A stretch of 64,000 bases of DNA from Candidatus Latescibacterota bacterium (GTDB lineage Bacteria > Latescibacterota > UBA2968): the NCBI GenBank assembly GCA_965204745.1, contig OZ242010.1:3072001-3136000 (forward strand), in the 5' to 3' direction. Below the pieces are notes generated by a model, which saw only the letters and a list, made by a program, of their open reading frames with translations, did no database searches and was not told where the DNA came from. Of the stretch, positions 9,042 to 18,520 are shown piece by piece (within the stretch, counting starts at the first letter, position 1; every line of letters starts with the position of its first letter). A program made the position numbers and the translations under genes.

Positions 9042-10318
9042 GGCATGGCCTCAATCCACGCCAGCATCTTTTTTTGTCTCTGTTCCTCGAACTCTGGCGC
9101 GACATATTGTTCAAGGACGCGGCGCGACACGAGATCTCCCAACTGCCCGCGCTCGAGAAGTTCATCGGACCTCGGCACCTGCATCAACTCCACCAAATCA
9201 GCGGCTTCCTTTTCCTTGCTCCAAGTGCAGAGAACGACCCCCTCTATCTGTTCGGCAGTCAAATTGTTCATGGTCGCAGGATTATGCGTTGTGACGAGCA
9301 CGCGCAGGTTGCGGCGTTTGATGGCTTTCTCGATTGCGGAGGTCAAAACGCCGACTCGACTTGGATGCAGGCCATTGTCAAACTCTTCCACAATCACACG
9401 CGAACCTTCTTGGGCCGTCTCCAAAGCCGTCAAAATAGCGAGGGTTCGCAAAGTGCCATCCGACAATGATCGGGCATCCACAGTATAACCCGTTCTTTCG
9501 CGCAACCCGAAAATCACATCGTCGAGATCGGTGACTGTAAAGATGAATTTTTCGTACGGTTCGTCCGGAAGTTGACGGATTTGAGACAGTAGCCTAGCCA
9601 ACGATTTTCGCTCGGCTTCATCGCCAACGGAAAGCGCGTAAAGCACTGCCGACAGATTCGCCCCATCCCGCGAGAGAACGCTGTTGCCGATGCGCTCGTA
9701 GCTGTGCATCAATTTCGGATTGGGATCAAAGACAAACGAAGCCTGCAAGTGGTTCATGACGATCTGCACCAACCGCATGCACTCTTTGAAGTTCTGATTC
9801 TTCTGCGCGATTTCTCGATACTGCGACAGAACGGAACGCTCTGACGAAGCCGCTATTTGGGGTTTCCTGCCGCCGCGGGCAAAGTTGTCGTATTTCACCA
9901 CCAAGTCACGCGATGCTTCCCAAGGGTTCTTGGGCAATGTTTCGTAGATTATGCGGTCACCGAATTCCAACCGCTCACGAAGTATTTGAGGATGCGGTTC
10001 GGTGCAAATGTGTAGGACGTAGTTAACGGGCTTGAACGCTCTGTGGAGCCTTATGCGAGCCGTAAAATTTAACGCGAAGGGTTCCTCGCCCATTCGCCCA
10101 CAACCTTGAAGTCCACCGCGAATTTGGATGCCCGTCGCGGCGCGCCCCACGTCGGCAATCTCGTAGAGGGGTTGTCCGCGTGCGACAAAGGAGAGCAACT
10201 CGATTGCTTCAATGACGTTGGTCTTTCCCGATCCATTTGGCCCGATTAGAAGCGTGAACGGTCGCAACAGATCAATGCTGGCCGCGTTGAATCCTTTGAA
10301 GTCAATGAGGTTGTGCAT
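9038..10318 (-). CDS. AAA_21/AAA_15-type (ABC/SMC-like) ATPase
   Basis: Walker A GPNGSGKT, LSDGT signature, VIVEEFDNGLHP Walker B/D-loop, TTHN. Confidence 0.9.
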   Translation of the reverse strand: MHNLIDFKGFNAASIDLLRPFTLLIGPNGSGKTNVIEAIELLSFVARGQPLYEIADVGRAATGIQIRGGLQGCGRMGEEPFALNFTARIRLHRAFKPVNYVLHICTEPHPQILRERLEFGDRIIYETLPKNPWEASRDLVVKYDNFARGGRKPQIAASSERSVLSQYREIAQKNQNFKECMRLVQIVMNHLQASFVFDPNPKLMHSYERIGNSVLSRDGANLSAVLYALSVGDEAERKSLARLLSQIRQLPDEPYEKFIFTVTDLDDVIFGLRERTGYTVDARSLSDGTLRTLAILTALETAQEGSRVIVEEFDNGLHPSRVGVLTSAIEKAIKRRNLRVLVTTHNPATMNNLTAEQIEGVVLCTWSKEKEAADLVELMQVPRSDELLERGQLGDLVSRRVLEQYVAPEFEEQRQKKMLAWIEAMP

Positions 10319-10542
10319 GGGATAGCCTTATTTTTTTAATGGCTGATGGCTGAAAATTGGCTTTCAATATATACAAATGCACAGCGCGGAACAACTGCCT
10401 TGACGCAACAAAAAAGGCCGTAAGCGGGCAAACCCTCACGACCTTTCTTTTTCGGACTTCCAATTTTACCTGAAGAACACGGACATGCCCACGGTTACAA
10501 AATGGCGCGTGCTTTTTGACCTTTGATCGAAAATGCGAGCAT

Positions 10543-11475
10543 TTACTCCTGACTAAATAAATTCCGAGGCCCCATGCCCATAAGGGCCTCGATTCTGTTT
10601 TTCAATCGTTTAGCGAGTTCAGTTGGTTCGGTCCAGTCAATGCAGTTGTATTGGCGAATGTCGAAATGAAGGTTCTCGATGTCGTCCTTACGACAGGTCC
10701 AAATAACCTGTATGTTGAGCCCGAACGCAAATCCCGCCTCAAAATACACGCCTCCACGATGTCCGGTAAAATCGGCGACCAAGAATTTTGAACGCCGAAT
10801 CTCGGCAATGATCCGATCGTCGATCTTTCCAGCATGCTCTACCTCATCAATCCGCACAGGATCGTATCCCGCCTTTAGAATCCCCGCTTCAAATCCCTTT
10901 TCGTAGGCGTCTTGCATTGAATCGTCAAACCACATGGCGACAAACGCCTGAGTAGAAGCCGCTTCGCGTGCGTGCAATTCTTCGTACCTCTTATGGCCCT
11001 GAGACGTGATTCTATAGCTATGGCCTATAAGGTTTGCATCTAAGCAACCCTGATCGACAAGTAACCTGGCCAAGTAGTCTAAATCACCCAGATTTTTTGA
11101 ATAGGAAATCGCTTGAAGATCTAGACTGAGGGGGTTGATGATAACTTCATTGAGCGATTTATGATGGCGCACAGAGTAGATCAAAATGCGGTCTGCCCGT
11201 TCCAAAGGGCTTGGAATCGGCATTGTAGCAATGCGTTTGATCTGATCGCCATCTATTTCTGGAATCTCATTGAGCATGTTCCGCTCGCGAATCCAGGCGG
11301 CCAGCTTGACTTCGATTTCTGGCAAAGGTTCAGAATCGACCGGTTCAAGCCAAAATCGCCCGCAATGTGGACAGTCCTGGCGAATGCGGACGAGGCGCCC
11401 GTAGTCTTCAACTGGTTTACCTATTGTCTTCGCTTGCTCATTGCCACAGATTACACAAGGATGGTTTTCAGCCAT
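10543..11475 (-). CDS. Zn-ribbon plus TIR/nucleoside 2-deoxyribosyltransferase-like protein
   Basis: N-terminal CVIC...CPHC; C-terminal AFVAMWF...IRRSKFLVADFT..RGGVYFEAGFA...LHFDI; AAGGAG RBS. Confidence 0.7.
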   Translation of the reverse strand: MAENHPCVICGNEQAKTIGKPVEDYGRLVRIRQDCPHCGRFWLEPVDSEPLPEIEVKLAAWIRERNMLNEIPEIDGDQIKRIATMPIPSPLERADRILIYSVRHHKSLNEVIINPLSLDLQAISYSKNLGDLDYLARLLVDQGCLDANLIGHSYRITSQGHKRYEELHAREAASTQAFVAMWFDDSMQDAYEKGFEAGILKAGYDPVRIDEVEHAGKIDDRIIAEIRRSKFLVADFTGHRGGVYFEAGFAFGLNIQVIWTCRKDDIENLHFDIRQYNCIDWTEPTELAKRLKNRIEALMGMGPRNLFSQE

Positions 11476-11485
11476 CGTATTCTCC

Positions 11486-13798
11486 TTATTTGATTGGTTC
11501 AAGGCGGTTCACATCCGGCTCCAGTGCCGCATGCAACAGGGCGTCGAGCAGGCGTTGCTTGGTATCGTTTCCGGCAACGAGACTCGCCTCCAGCCGATCA
11601 CACAATGCCATCAGTTCATCCACTTTGGCGACGATGCGGTGTTGTTCGGCGAGGGGCGGGCAGGGGATCGAGATATTTGAAATTGATTCTCGATTTAGGG
11701 TTGCGCCCTTTATTGCTCCCTTCGTGTCACCTTGTCGCGCAAAAAAGGGCAATATCTTAAAGAGATAAGGATCGAGCTCCGAAACATACGGACGTATAGA
11801 GATGATTGCTTCGTTGTGGTAAGCGGGAATGCCAAGCCGCGCTATTTTTCCGATAGTCAACTTGAAACTCATAATCATCGTGCCGACTTGTTTGGGGGCG
11901 GAACGAAAAATTTGTTTGGCTGCTTTCTCGCTGACCGTCTCTTTTGTCGTCATGAGTGTCTCGCCATCGCCCATGTCTGAGATACTGATCCATGGGTAAT
12001 CGCCTGTGTTCCAAAAAGACAACTCATTTCGAGTTGGAGTACGACCCGCCGAGAAGTCCGCGATGTTTCCAAACTTTACCCAACGCCACTTCGCAGGAAT
12101 GCCAAAAGGACGCTCATCAATCTCGATAGCGGGAAGTACTTTGCCCTTCCGAATCTCTCCTCTCTTCACCAACCGCGCTTTTTCTTTTTTAATCCGCTTC
12201 AACAGTTCCGCCGCCGGTTCGTCATTTGGGTCTTGTAGCACGAGTTTGCCGCGCACTGCGAGGTCGAGGATGAAGTGGCGCAGGCGTGGGATGGCGTCAG
12301 GCGCGTCTGCGACTTGTGTAAAGTGGGCGAGCAGTTGATCGGTGTTCATCGCAGCAGTGCCCAAAACTGTCTTTAACTGATCGCGCAAGGTCGCGGTTTC
12401 CGATTCGGTCGCGGTCAGATAGGTCAGAAGTTCCTCGGGATCGCCGGGGGCGTCTTCGGCTGTGTGTGGGTTCTTGATGTCGAGGTTGTAGCCACGCGCC
12501 TTGACTTCTTCCGCGGTGACTTGCCAAGCGCGTTCTGTTTTCCTGCGGCCCGTGCGTTCTGGCCCGCCCCACCAATCCATGCAGTCTCGTAGGTGTTCTA
12601 TTCGGATCGGCTTGGTCTTGGAATAGGATTTCTGGCCTTTGGGCACCAGATGTTCGTAAAACCATATCCGCTCGGTTGGCGCGCCCTTTTCAAAGAACAG
12701 CAAGTTGGTGCCGATAGAGGCATAGGGCTGGAACACGGAATTGGGCAAGCGGACAATGGTGTGGAGATTGCATTCCGCCATCAGGTGTTCCTTGAGCCGG
12801 GTTTTGACGCCTTCGCCAAACAGCGAGCCATCGGGCAGAACCACTGCGGCGCGACCGCCCGGCTTCAAGACGCGGATGATGAGGGCGAGGAACAAGTCCG
12901 CGGTTTCCTTTGTGCGGAAATGCTGTGGAAAATTGCTCTCGATCCCATCTTCTTCCTTGCCCCCAAAGGGCGGATTGGTGAGCACGATATCTACCCGATC
13001 CCGCTTTTCCCAACTGATATAGGGCCGCGCCAAGGTGTTGTCGTGGGTGACAAAGCTCGGGTTTTTAATTTTGTGCAACAGCATGTTGGTAACGCAAAGC
13101 ATGTGCGGCAGTTGTTTCTTGTCCACGGCGCGGAGCGAGGTCTGTATCCTTTCCACGTCTTCGGGCCGTTTGACGTACCGGGCGCGCATGTGGCGCAATG
13201 AACACGTCAGAAAGCCGCCCGTGCCGCAGGCCGGGTCAAACAGGATTTCCCCCGGCTTGGGATCGATGCGGTCGACCATGAAGGCGGTGACGGCGCGTGG
13301 GGTGTAGTATTCACCGGCATTGCCCGCGGATTGCAGGTCGTTCAAGATCTGTTCGTAGATGTCGCCAAAATGCTGGATTTCGGCCAGGTCGTTGAAGTCG
13401 ATCTCGTTGATCTTGTTCACCACTTGGCGCATCAACTGCCCGGACTTCATGTAGTTGTAGGCGTCCTCAAACACACTTCGCACCACGCGGCGGCGGTCGT
13501 CGGATGGGCCGGTCGCGTGGAGATTTTTCAGTGCCGGGAACAAATCGTCGTCGATAAAGGCGATCAGTTTTTCGCCGGTGATGCCCTCGGCATCGCCCGC
13601 CCATGTGCGCCACTGAAACCGCTTTGGGATTGGGGATGTGTAGTTTTCCTCGGTCAGTTCTAATTCTTTGTCCTGATCGTCGATGATTTTGAGAAAGAAC
13701 ATCCAGCACAGTTGACCGATGCGCTGCGCGTCGCCATCGACGCCGGTATCTCGGCGCATGATGTCTTGGATGGATTTGACCAACGTGTTGACGGACAT
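11486..13798 (-). CDS. hsdM: Type I R-M HsdM fused in frame to a half (single-TRD) HsdS, EcoAI/type IB-like
   Basis: GEYYTPR, DPACGTGGF, NPPF. After ~483 aa it continues into HsdS (LRHFILDLAVRGKLVLQDPNDEPA, one TRD, PPLAEQHRIVAKVDELMALCDRLE). Confidence 0.9.
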   Translation of the reverse strand: MSVNTLVKSIQDIMRRDTGVDGDAQRIGQLCWMFFLKIIDDQDKELELTEENYTSPIPKRFQWRTWAGDAEGITGEKLIAFIDDDLFPALKNLHATGPSDDRRRVVRSVFEDAYNYMKSGQLMRQVVNKINEIDFNDLAEIQHFGDIYEQILNDLQSAGNAGEYYTPRAVTAFMVDRIDPKPGEILFDPACGTGGFLTCSLRHMRARYVKRPEDVERIQTSLRAVDKKQLPHMLCVTNMLLHKIKNPSFVTHDNTLARPYISWEKRDRVDIVLTNPPFGGKEEDGIESNFPQHFRTKETADLFLALIIRVLKPGGRAAVVLPDGSLFGEGVKTRLKEHLMAECNLHTIVRLPNSVFQPYASIGTNLLFFEKGAPTERIWFYEHLVPKGQKSYSKTKPIRIEHLRDCMDWWGGPERTGRRKTERAWQVTAEEVKARGYNLDIKNPHTAEDAPGDPEELLTYLTATESETATLRDQLKTVLGTAAMNTDQLLAHFTQVADAPDAIPRLRHFILDLAVRGKLVLQDPNDEPAAELLKRIKKEKARLVKRGEIRKGKVLPAIEIDERPFGIPAKWRWVKFGNIADFSAGRTPTRNELSFWNTGDYPWISISDMGDGETLMTTKETVSEKAAKQIFRSAPKQVGTMIMSFKLTIGKIARLGIPAYHNEAIISIRPYVSELDPYLFKILPFFARQGDTKGAIKGATLNRESISNISIPCPPLAEQHRIVAKVDELMALCDRLEASLVAGNDTKQRLLDALLHAALEPDVNRLEPIK

Positions 13799-13799
13799 G

Positions 13800-16178
13800 T
13801 TAAGCGACCTCCAGGTAAAGTGCGGATTGCAAATCGCGGGCGGCTTCAAGAAATTCGTCCCTGCCGCCAAAGGCATTGATCAACTGCACGGGGGTGCCGA
13901 GTTCGGTGAACGGCGGAATTTGTAGCACCTTGGTATCGAAATCGATCACGCCCTCGTCGGCGTACTTGTCCAAGAGGGCGTTGAGCACGGCACGGGCCTG
14001 CTTCCCGTACTTGGTGAACGCATCTCGCTTTCGGACATTCGCGGCGCGCTCGCGGCGGGTCAGGGGCGTGGCGTCAAAGGCGAGATGGCAAATGAGGTCA
14101 AAGGGATCGAGATCCTCGCCCTCGGCGAGCATGTCGAGTGCCAGTCCTCTATCTCTCAATTCTTCAACAATCGCTCGCTTGCGCTCTGCCGCGTTCCATC
14201 GCCCGAGAAAGTCGTCGAGGCTGGCGAAGTGCTTTTTGAGTTCCTTTTTGGTAAAGTCGCGCAAGGACTCGGCGGTCAATCTGCCATACTTGTCGAGGTA
14301 TTCCACGCGCTCGGCAATGATTTCTACCCCGACCCCATCCACGTACACTTTTTGCGCGCCGCTGAGATGTGGTCGTTGATCGGGGAATATGGGATCCGTG
14401 CCGTCCTCTGGATACGGCTCATCGTCGGGCGGAATCATGGGATCGCCATCGCCCGGCTCGTAAATCTGCACGGGTTCGCCATCGAAATCCGGTTCCGCGA
14501 AATGGCTCGTCGCGCCCCGGAAATCCATCAAAGTAAAGTAAAATTTGTGCGTGTCCTCGTGTACGCGCGTGCCCCGCCCGACGATCTGTTTGAACTCGGT
14601 CATGGAACCGACGATGCGGTCGAGCACAATCAAGCGGCAGGTTTGGACATCGACGCCGGTGGAAAGCAGGCGCGAGGTCGTGACCAATACGGGATATGTG
14701 GATTCCGGGTCCATAAAGTTGTCGAGTTGGGCCTGACCTTCGGGGTCGTTGCCGGTGATACGCATGACATAGTGGTGGTTCTGATCTACCAAATCGGCGT
14801 TCTCATTGACGAGGGCTTGTCTCATGCGGCCGGCGTGTTCTTGGTCGACGCAAAAGATGATCGTTTTCTGGAACCGGTCGCCGCTTTCCTTCAGAAATTG
14901 CGTCACCTTGCGGGCGACCAACTCGGTGCGTTCGTCCAACACCAGGGTGTGGTCAAAGTCCCTGGCGTTGTAGATGCGGTCTTCGATCTCATTGCCGTAT
15001 CGGTCGCGTTGGTCTCTTTCCGGGCGATAGCCTTCCACATCCCGGTCAATATGAACTTTGATGACTTTGTAGGGCGCGAGAAAGCCATCTTGGATGCCTT
15101 GTTTCAAGGAGTAGGAATAGATCGGATCCCCAAAGTAATGGATGTTGGAGTCGTACTTGGTTTCCTTGGGTGTGGCGGTTAGGCCGATCTGCGTGGCGGC
15201 AGAGAAATACTCCAGAATTTCCCGCCAAGCCGAATCCTCGGCAACACTGCCCCGATGGCACTCGTCAACCACGATCAAATCAAAAAAGGTGGGCGATAAC
15301 TCGCGGAAAACTTTCTGGCGCTCCTCCGGGCCGGTGATCGCTTGATAGAGGCCGAGATAGATCTCATAAGCCGTATCGACGCGGCTATTTTTTGTGCTGC
15401 CCTCCCCGCGTTCAATGGTGCCTGAACGGGTCGAGAGTTTGGTCATTGCCGGGCCGAAGGGTCGGAAATCGTTGCTTTGGGTCTGATCGATCAGCACATT
15501 GCGGTCAGCCAAAAACAAGACGCGCTTTTTGATGCCCGCCTTCCACAGCCGATAGATGATTTGAAAGGCGGTGTAGGTTTTGCCGGTGCCCGTTGCCATC
15601 ACGAGCAGAATGCGGTCATGTCCGCGGGCAATGGCTTCGGTGACAGCGTTGATGGCCTTGACTTGGTAATAGCGCGGCTCTTTGCCCCTGGGATCGTGGA
15701 AGTAGTCTTGGAGGACGATTTTCTCGGCTTCGGGCGTCCAGCCCTTCCAAGTTCGATAGCGCGTCCAGAGCGCATCGGGCGATGGGAACGCGTCGAGACT
15801 GAGGATCGTTTCTCGTTTTGAGCCGAGGCCGGTTCGGTCATGAAACACAAAGCCATCGCCATTGGAGGAAAACACAAAGGGAATGTCCAGGGCAGCGGCG
15901 TAGTTGAGGGCTTGTTGCATGCCGTCACCGATGGCGAGGGTGTTCTTCTTGGCTTCGATGAGCGCGATGTGGAGGTTGGGTTTGTTTTTGTAATGCAGGA
16001 TGTAGTCGGCCCGTTTGCTCTCGCCTCGACAGACCAACTTGCCGCGCACGTTGATCTGCCCCTTGGCGAATGGGTACTCCTCGCGGATTTGCGACATGAG
16101 GTCCCACCCGGCACGGCACAAGGCCGGCGTGATGACCTTGGTGCAAATGTCGCGCTCGCTCAACCGCTTTTTGTCCAT
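13800..16178 (-). CDS. hsdR: Type I restriction endonuclease subunit R, EcoAI/EcoEI-like
   Basis: LSERDICTK, IEAKK, MATGTGKT, DECHRG, TATP, QIVGRGTR and EcoEI-type C-terminus. Confidence 0.93.
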   Translation of the reverse strand: MDKKRLSERDICTKVITPALCRAGWDLMSQIREEYPFAKGQINVRGKLVCRGESKRADYILHYKNKPNLHIALIEAKKNTLAIGDGMQQALNYAAALDIPFVFSSNGDGFVFHDRTGLGSKRETILSLDAFPSPDALWTRYRTWKGWTPEAEKIVLQDYFHDPRGKEPRYYQVKAINAVTEAIARGHDRILLVMATGTGKTYTAFQIIYRLWKAGIKKRVLFLADRNVLIDQTQSNDFRPFGPAMTKLSTRSGTIERGEGSTKNSRVDTAYEIYLGLYQAITGPEERQKVFRELSPTFFDLIVVDECHRGSVAEDSAWREILEYFSAATQIGLTATPKETKYDSNIHYFGDPIYSYSLKQGIQDGFLAPYKVIKVHIDRDVEGYRPERDQRDRYGNEIEDRIYNARDFDHTLVLDERTELVARKVTQFLKESGDRFQKTIIFCVDQEHAGRMRQALVNENADLVDQNHHYVMRITGNDPEGQAQLDNFMDPESTYPVLVTTSRLLSTGVDVQTCRLIVLDRIVGSMTEFKQIVGRGTRVHEDTHKFYFTLMDFRGATSHFAEPDFDGEPVQIYEPGDGDPMIPPDDEPYPEDGTDPIFPDQRPHLSGAQKVYVDGVGVEIIAERVEYLDKYGRLTAESLRDFTKKELKKHFASLDDFLGRWNAAERKRAIVEELRDRGLALDMLAEGEDLDPFDLICHLAFDATPLTRRERAANVRKRDAFTKYGKQARAVLNALLDKYADEGVIDFDTKVLQIPPFTELGTPVQLINAFGGRDEFLEAARDLQSALYLEVA

Positions 16179-16189
16179 AGCGCGTCCTT

Positions 16190-17158
16190 TCATACATACC
16201 GAATATTCTTCCCCAGCGTTGCCACCATTTCGCCGGTCGCCACCATGGGGCGGGCGTTTTCCGACCAGAAGATCGATTCCTCTGGGGCGCGCAGGGTTTC
16301 GAGCACATTGCCGAATGGATCCGTGATGTCTGCGATGGGGTCGCCTTTTTGCAAGTGGTCGTAGCGTTGTGCGTGAAATTCTATGAAGCCGCCCCGATTG
16401 GACAGCAGGGTTAAAAATCCATCCACCACCACTTGTCTTTTGGGAATGTGCGGTTCGCCCGGGATGACGCCGTAGTACTTCAGCGCGTTCTCCACGCCCC
16501 GAATGCCCTTTTGAATGCTCGCCCTGTCCCAGCCTGGGCAACCGCCGAGTTCCGGATCGATGGTCGGGATGCCTTCATCCGGGGCCGCGCGCGCCAGTTG
16601 CCCTTCGGGGCCGCGCTGGTCGAGGATGTACCCGATGCCAAATACCTGTGCCATTTCCATGCAGGCGCGATGAATGCGTTTGCGCCGGTCCACGCGCACG
16701 CGCACTTCGTCGATCATGGGGCGTTGCCCGCCTTGGTGCAAGTCGATGCAGTAATCGGCCTGCCGCACGGCATTGTGGAACAACCGATGGGCGATGCGCT
16801 CGCTCGAGGTGCCGTCTGTGCGCCCGGGGAAACACCGATTCATCTTTTTTTTGTCGATGGGGCTGAATGCCCGATGCGCGTGAAAGGCGTGGAAATTGGC
16901 GATCAGCACCGCGATGATCTGCCCGCTCATCGCGGTTGGATCCAGCCGCTTCAACACCTGCCGAATCACGGCCACGCCATTTAACTCGTCCCCGTCGCTG
17001 ATGGCCTGCAAGTAAAAGGTCGGGCCTTCCCGAACCCCATTGATCAGGGAGACCGGCACGCGCGCAGGCGATCCGTCCTGCATCTCGGCCACTTTCAAAT
17101 AGCCATCCACGCGCTGCCCCGGCTCGGCCCTGAGATGTTCAACGCGAAGCATGTTCAT
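16190..17158 (-). CDS. Succinylglutamate desuccinylase/aspartoacylase family protein
   Basis: DGDELNG, MNRCFPG, IDLHQG, ELGG; CAGGAG RBS. Confidence 0.85.
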   Translation of the reverse strand: MNMLRVEHLRAEPGQRVDGYLKVAEMQDGSPARVPVSLINGVREGPTFYLQAISDGDELNGVAVIRQVLKRLDPTAMSGQIIAVLIANFHAFHAHRAFSPIDKKKMNRCFPGRTDGTSSERIAHRLFHNAVRQADYCIDLHQGGQRPMIDEVRVRVDRRKRIHRACMEMAQVFGIGYILDQRGPEGQLARAAPDEGIPTIDPELGGCPGWDRASIQKGIRGVENALKYYGVIPGEPHIPKRQVVVDGFLTLLSNRGGFIEFHAQRYDHLQKGDPIADITDPFGNVLETLRAPEESIFWSENARPMVATGEMVATLGKNIRYV

Positions 17159-17276
17159 CGCTCCTGAAAAAAGCCACTTGCCATTTGATTTCCCCAAAAA
17201 AATAGGGGAATGCCTGTGGTGTCAACGCAAACTCGGTGGCAGTCATGTCAGGCGGTACATTATCCGCTTGAAAAAA

Positions 17277-17308
17277 AAAGAGCCGACCCATTTCTGGATC
17301 GGCTTTTG
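17277..17308. terminator. Probable bidirectional intrinsic terminator
   Basis: A-run-gagccgacccatttctggatcggc-tttt hairpin. Confidence 0.45.
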
Positions 17309-17386
17309 TCATGGTGCCAACGAGAGGCTTTGTGTGCGGTTTGGTATTATACCAATTTGATTTTATACTAAATTGATTTTCTATTA

Positions 17387-17821
17387 GGTTGTGTTGACAT
17401 TTCATTTTTTTTTGCGTTACGCACAGATTAGCAAATGTGTTGCTTGCTCATTTAATGCGCTTCCTTTGATGGCGTTGCGAGAGGGGACCTATCCCCCGGC
17501 CCCGTTATTCGCTTCGCTCATTGTAGGCTACGCCTGTGCCTACGAGGAAAGGGGAGTAAAGCTCCTTTGATGGCTTAGAGCTCTAGTTGCTCTGATGGCG
17601 TTGACCGAAGGCATAAAGCGATTAAAAATCCCTCATCAATCCCCTCGCAAAACCGCTCACAGTTCCCCCCCTTCCTCAAAGGAAGGGGGGCCAGGGGGGT
17701 AGGTCCCGATAAGGAGCGACTATTTCAGTTTCTCAAACCGAGAGCATATTCTGCGATAGGGCTTGATTTTCTCGATAAACCGCTCAAGCCAGTTGCTTTG
17801 CTCCTAAATGTCAACAGAACC
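17387..17821 (-). mobile_element. Composite MITE, IS5-family-derived (copy 2, inverted)
   Basis: Same TIRs and internal sequence as 2264-2684; flanks TTA and TAA. Confidence 0.8.
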
Positions 17822-17837
17822 TAACCACTTGTTTTTT

Positions 17838-18518
17838 ATGACCCTATTTTTCTTCCAATCCCTCGCCATCCTGCAAAAGGACCTGAAAATCGAATGGCGC
17901 ACGCGAGAGCGGCTCAGCGCGATGGTTTTCTTTGCCTTTTTGGTCGTGCTCATTTTCAACTTTGCATTTGAACCCGCATCGCCTATACTGAACAGGGCCG
18001 CGCCCGGCATCTTTTGGATCGCCACGGTCTTTGCCGGCCTGTTGGGCCTGAGCCGATCCTTTGCCATAGAAAAACAGAACGACTGCCTGATGGGGTTGCG
18101 CCTCACCCCTGCGGATCCGGGCGCGATATTTTTGGGCAAAATGTTGGGGAACGCGATCACCATGCTCATCTTGGACGCGCTCATCCTGCCCGTTCTCGTG
18201 GTTTTTCTCAACGTGGAGATCGCGCCTGCACTGCCGGGGTTGGCGTTGCCCATTTTGTTTGGCACCCTGGGCTTTGCCGCTGTGGGCACCCTGTTCGCGG
18301 CGATGTCGCTCAACACCCGATTGCAAGAAGCCCTGTTGCCCCTGCTCACCTTGCCCCTGCTCGTACCGGCATTGCTCGCCGCGATGGAATCATTTCGCGC
18401 TGTTCTCGCGGGCCATCCCCTATCGGAAATTTCGGACTGGCTCGCGCTCGGCGGCGCGTTTGTCGCGCTCTTTGTCGCGGCGTGTCTGCTCTTGTTCGAA
18501 TACGTGTTGGAGGACTGA
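17838..18518 (+). CDS. ccmB: Heme exporter protein B
   Basis: KDLKIEWR, FLGK, LLPLLTLPLLVP; multi-TM; upstream of ccmC. Confidence 0.85.
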   Translation: MTLFFFQSLAILQKDLKIEWRTRERLSAMVFFAFLVVLIFNFAFEPASPILNRAAPGIFWIATVFAGLLGLSRSFAIEKQNDCLMGLRLTPADPGAIFLGKMLGNAITMLILDALILPVLVVFLNVEIAPALPGLALPILFGTLGFAAVGTLFAAMSLNTRLQEALLPLLTLPLLVPALLAAMESFRAVLAGHPLSEISDWLALGGAFVALFVAACLLLFEYVLED

Positions 18519-18520
18519 CC

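Noticed and set aside
16178-16541. Extra 121 N-terminal residues on HsdR
   Set aside because: Overlaps the desuccinylase-family gene in another frame; HsdR homology and an RBS start at 16178.
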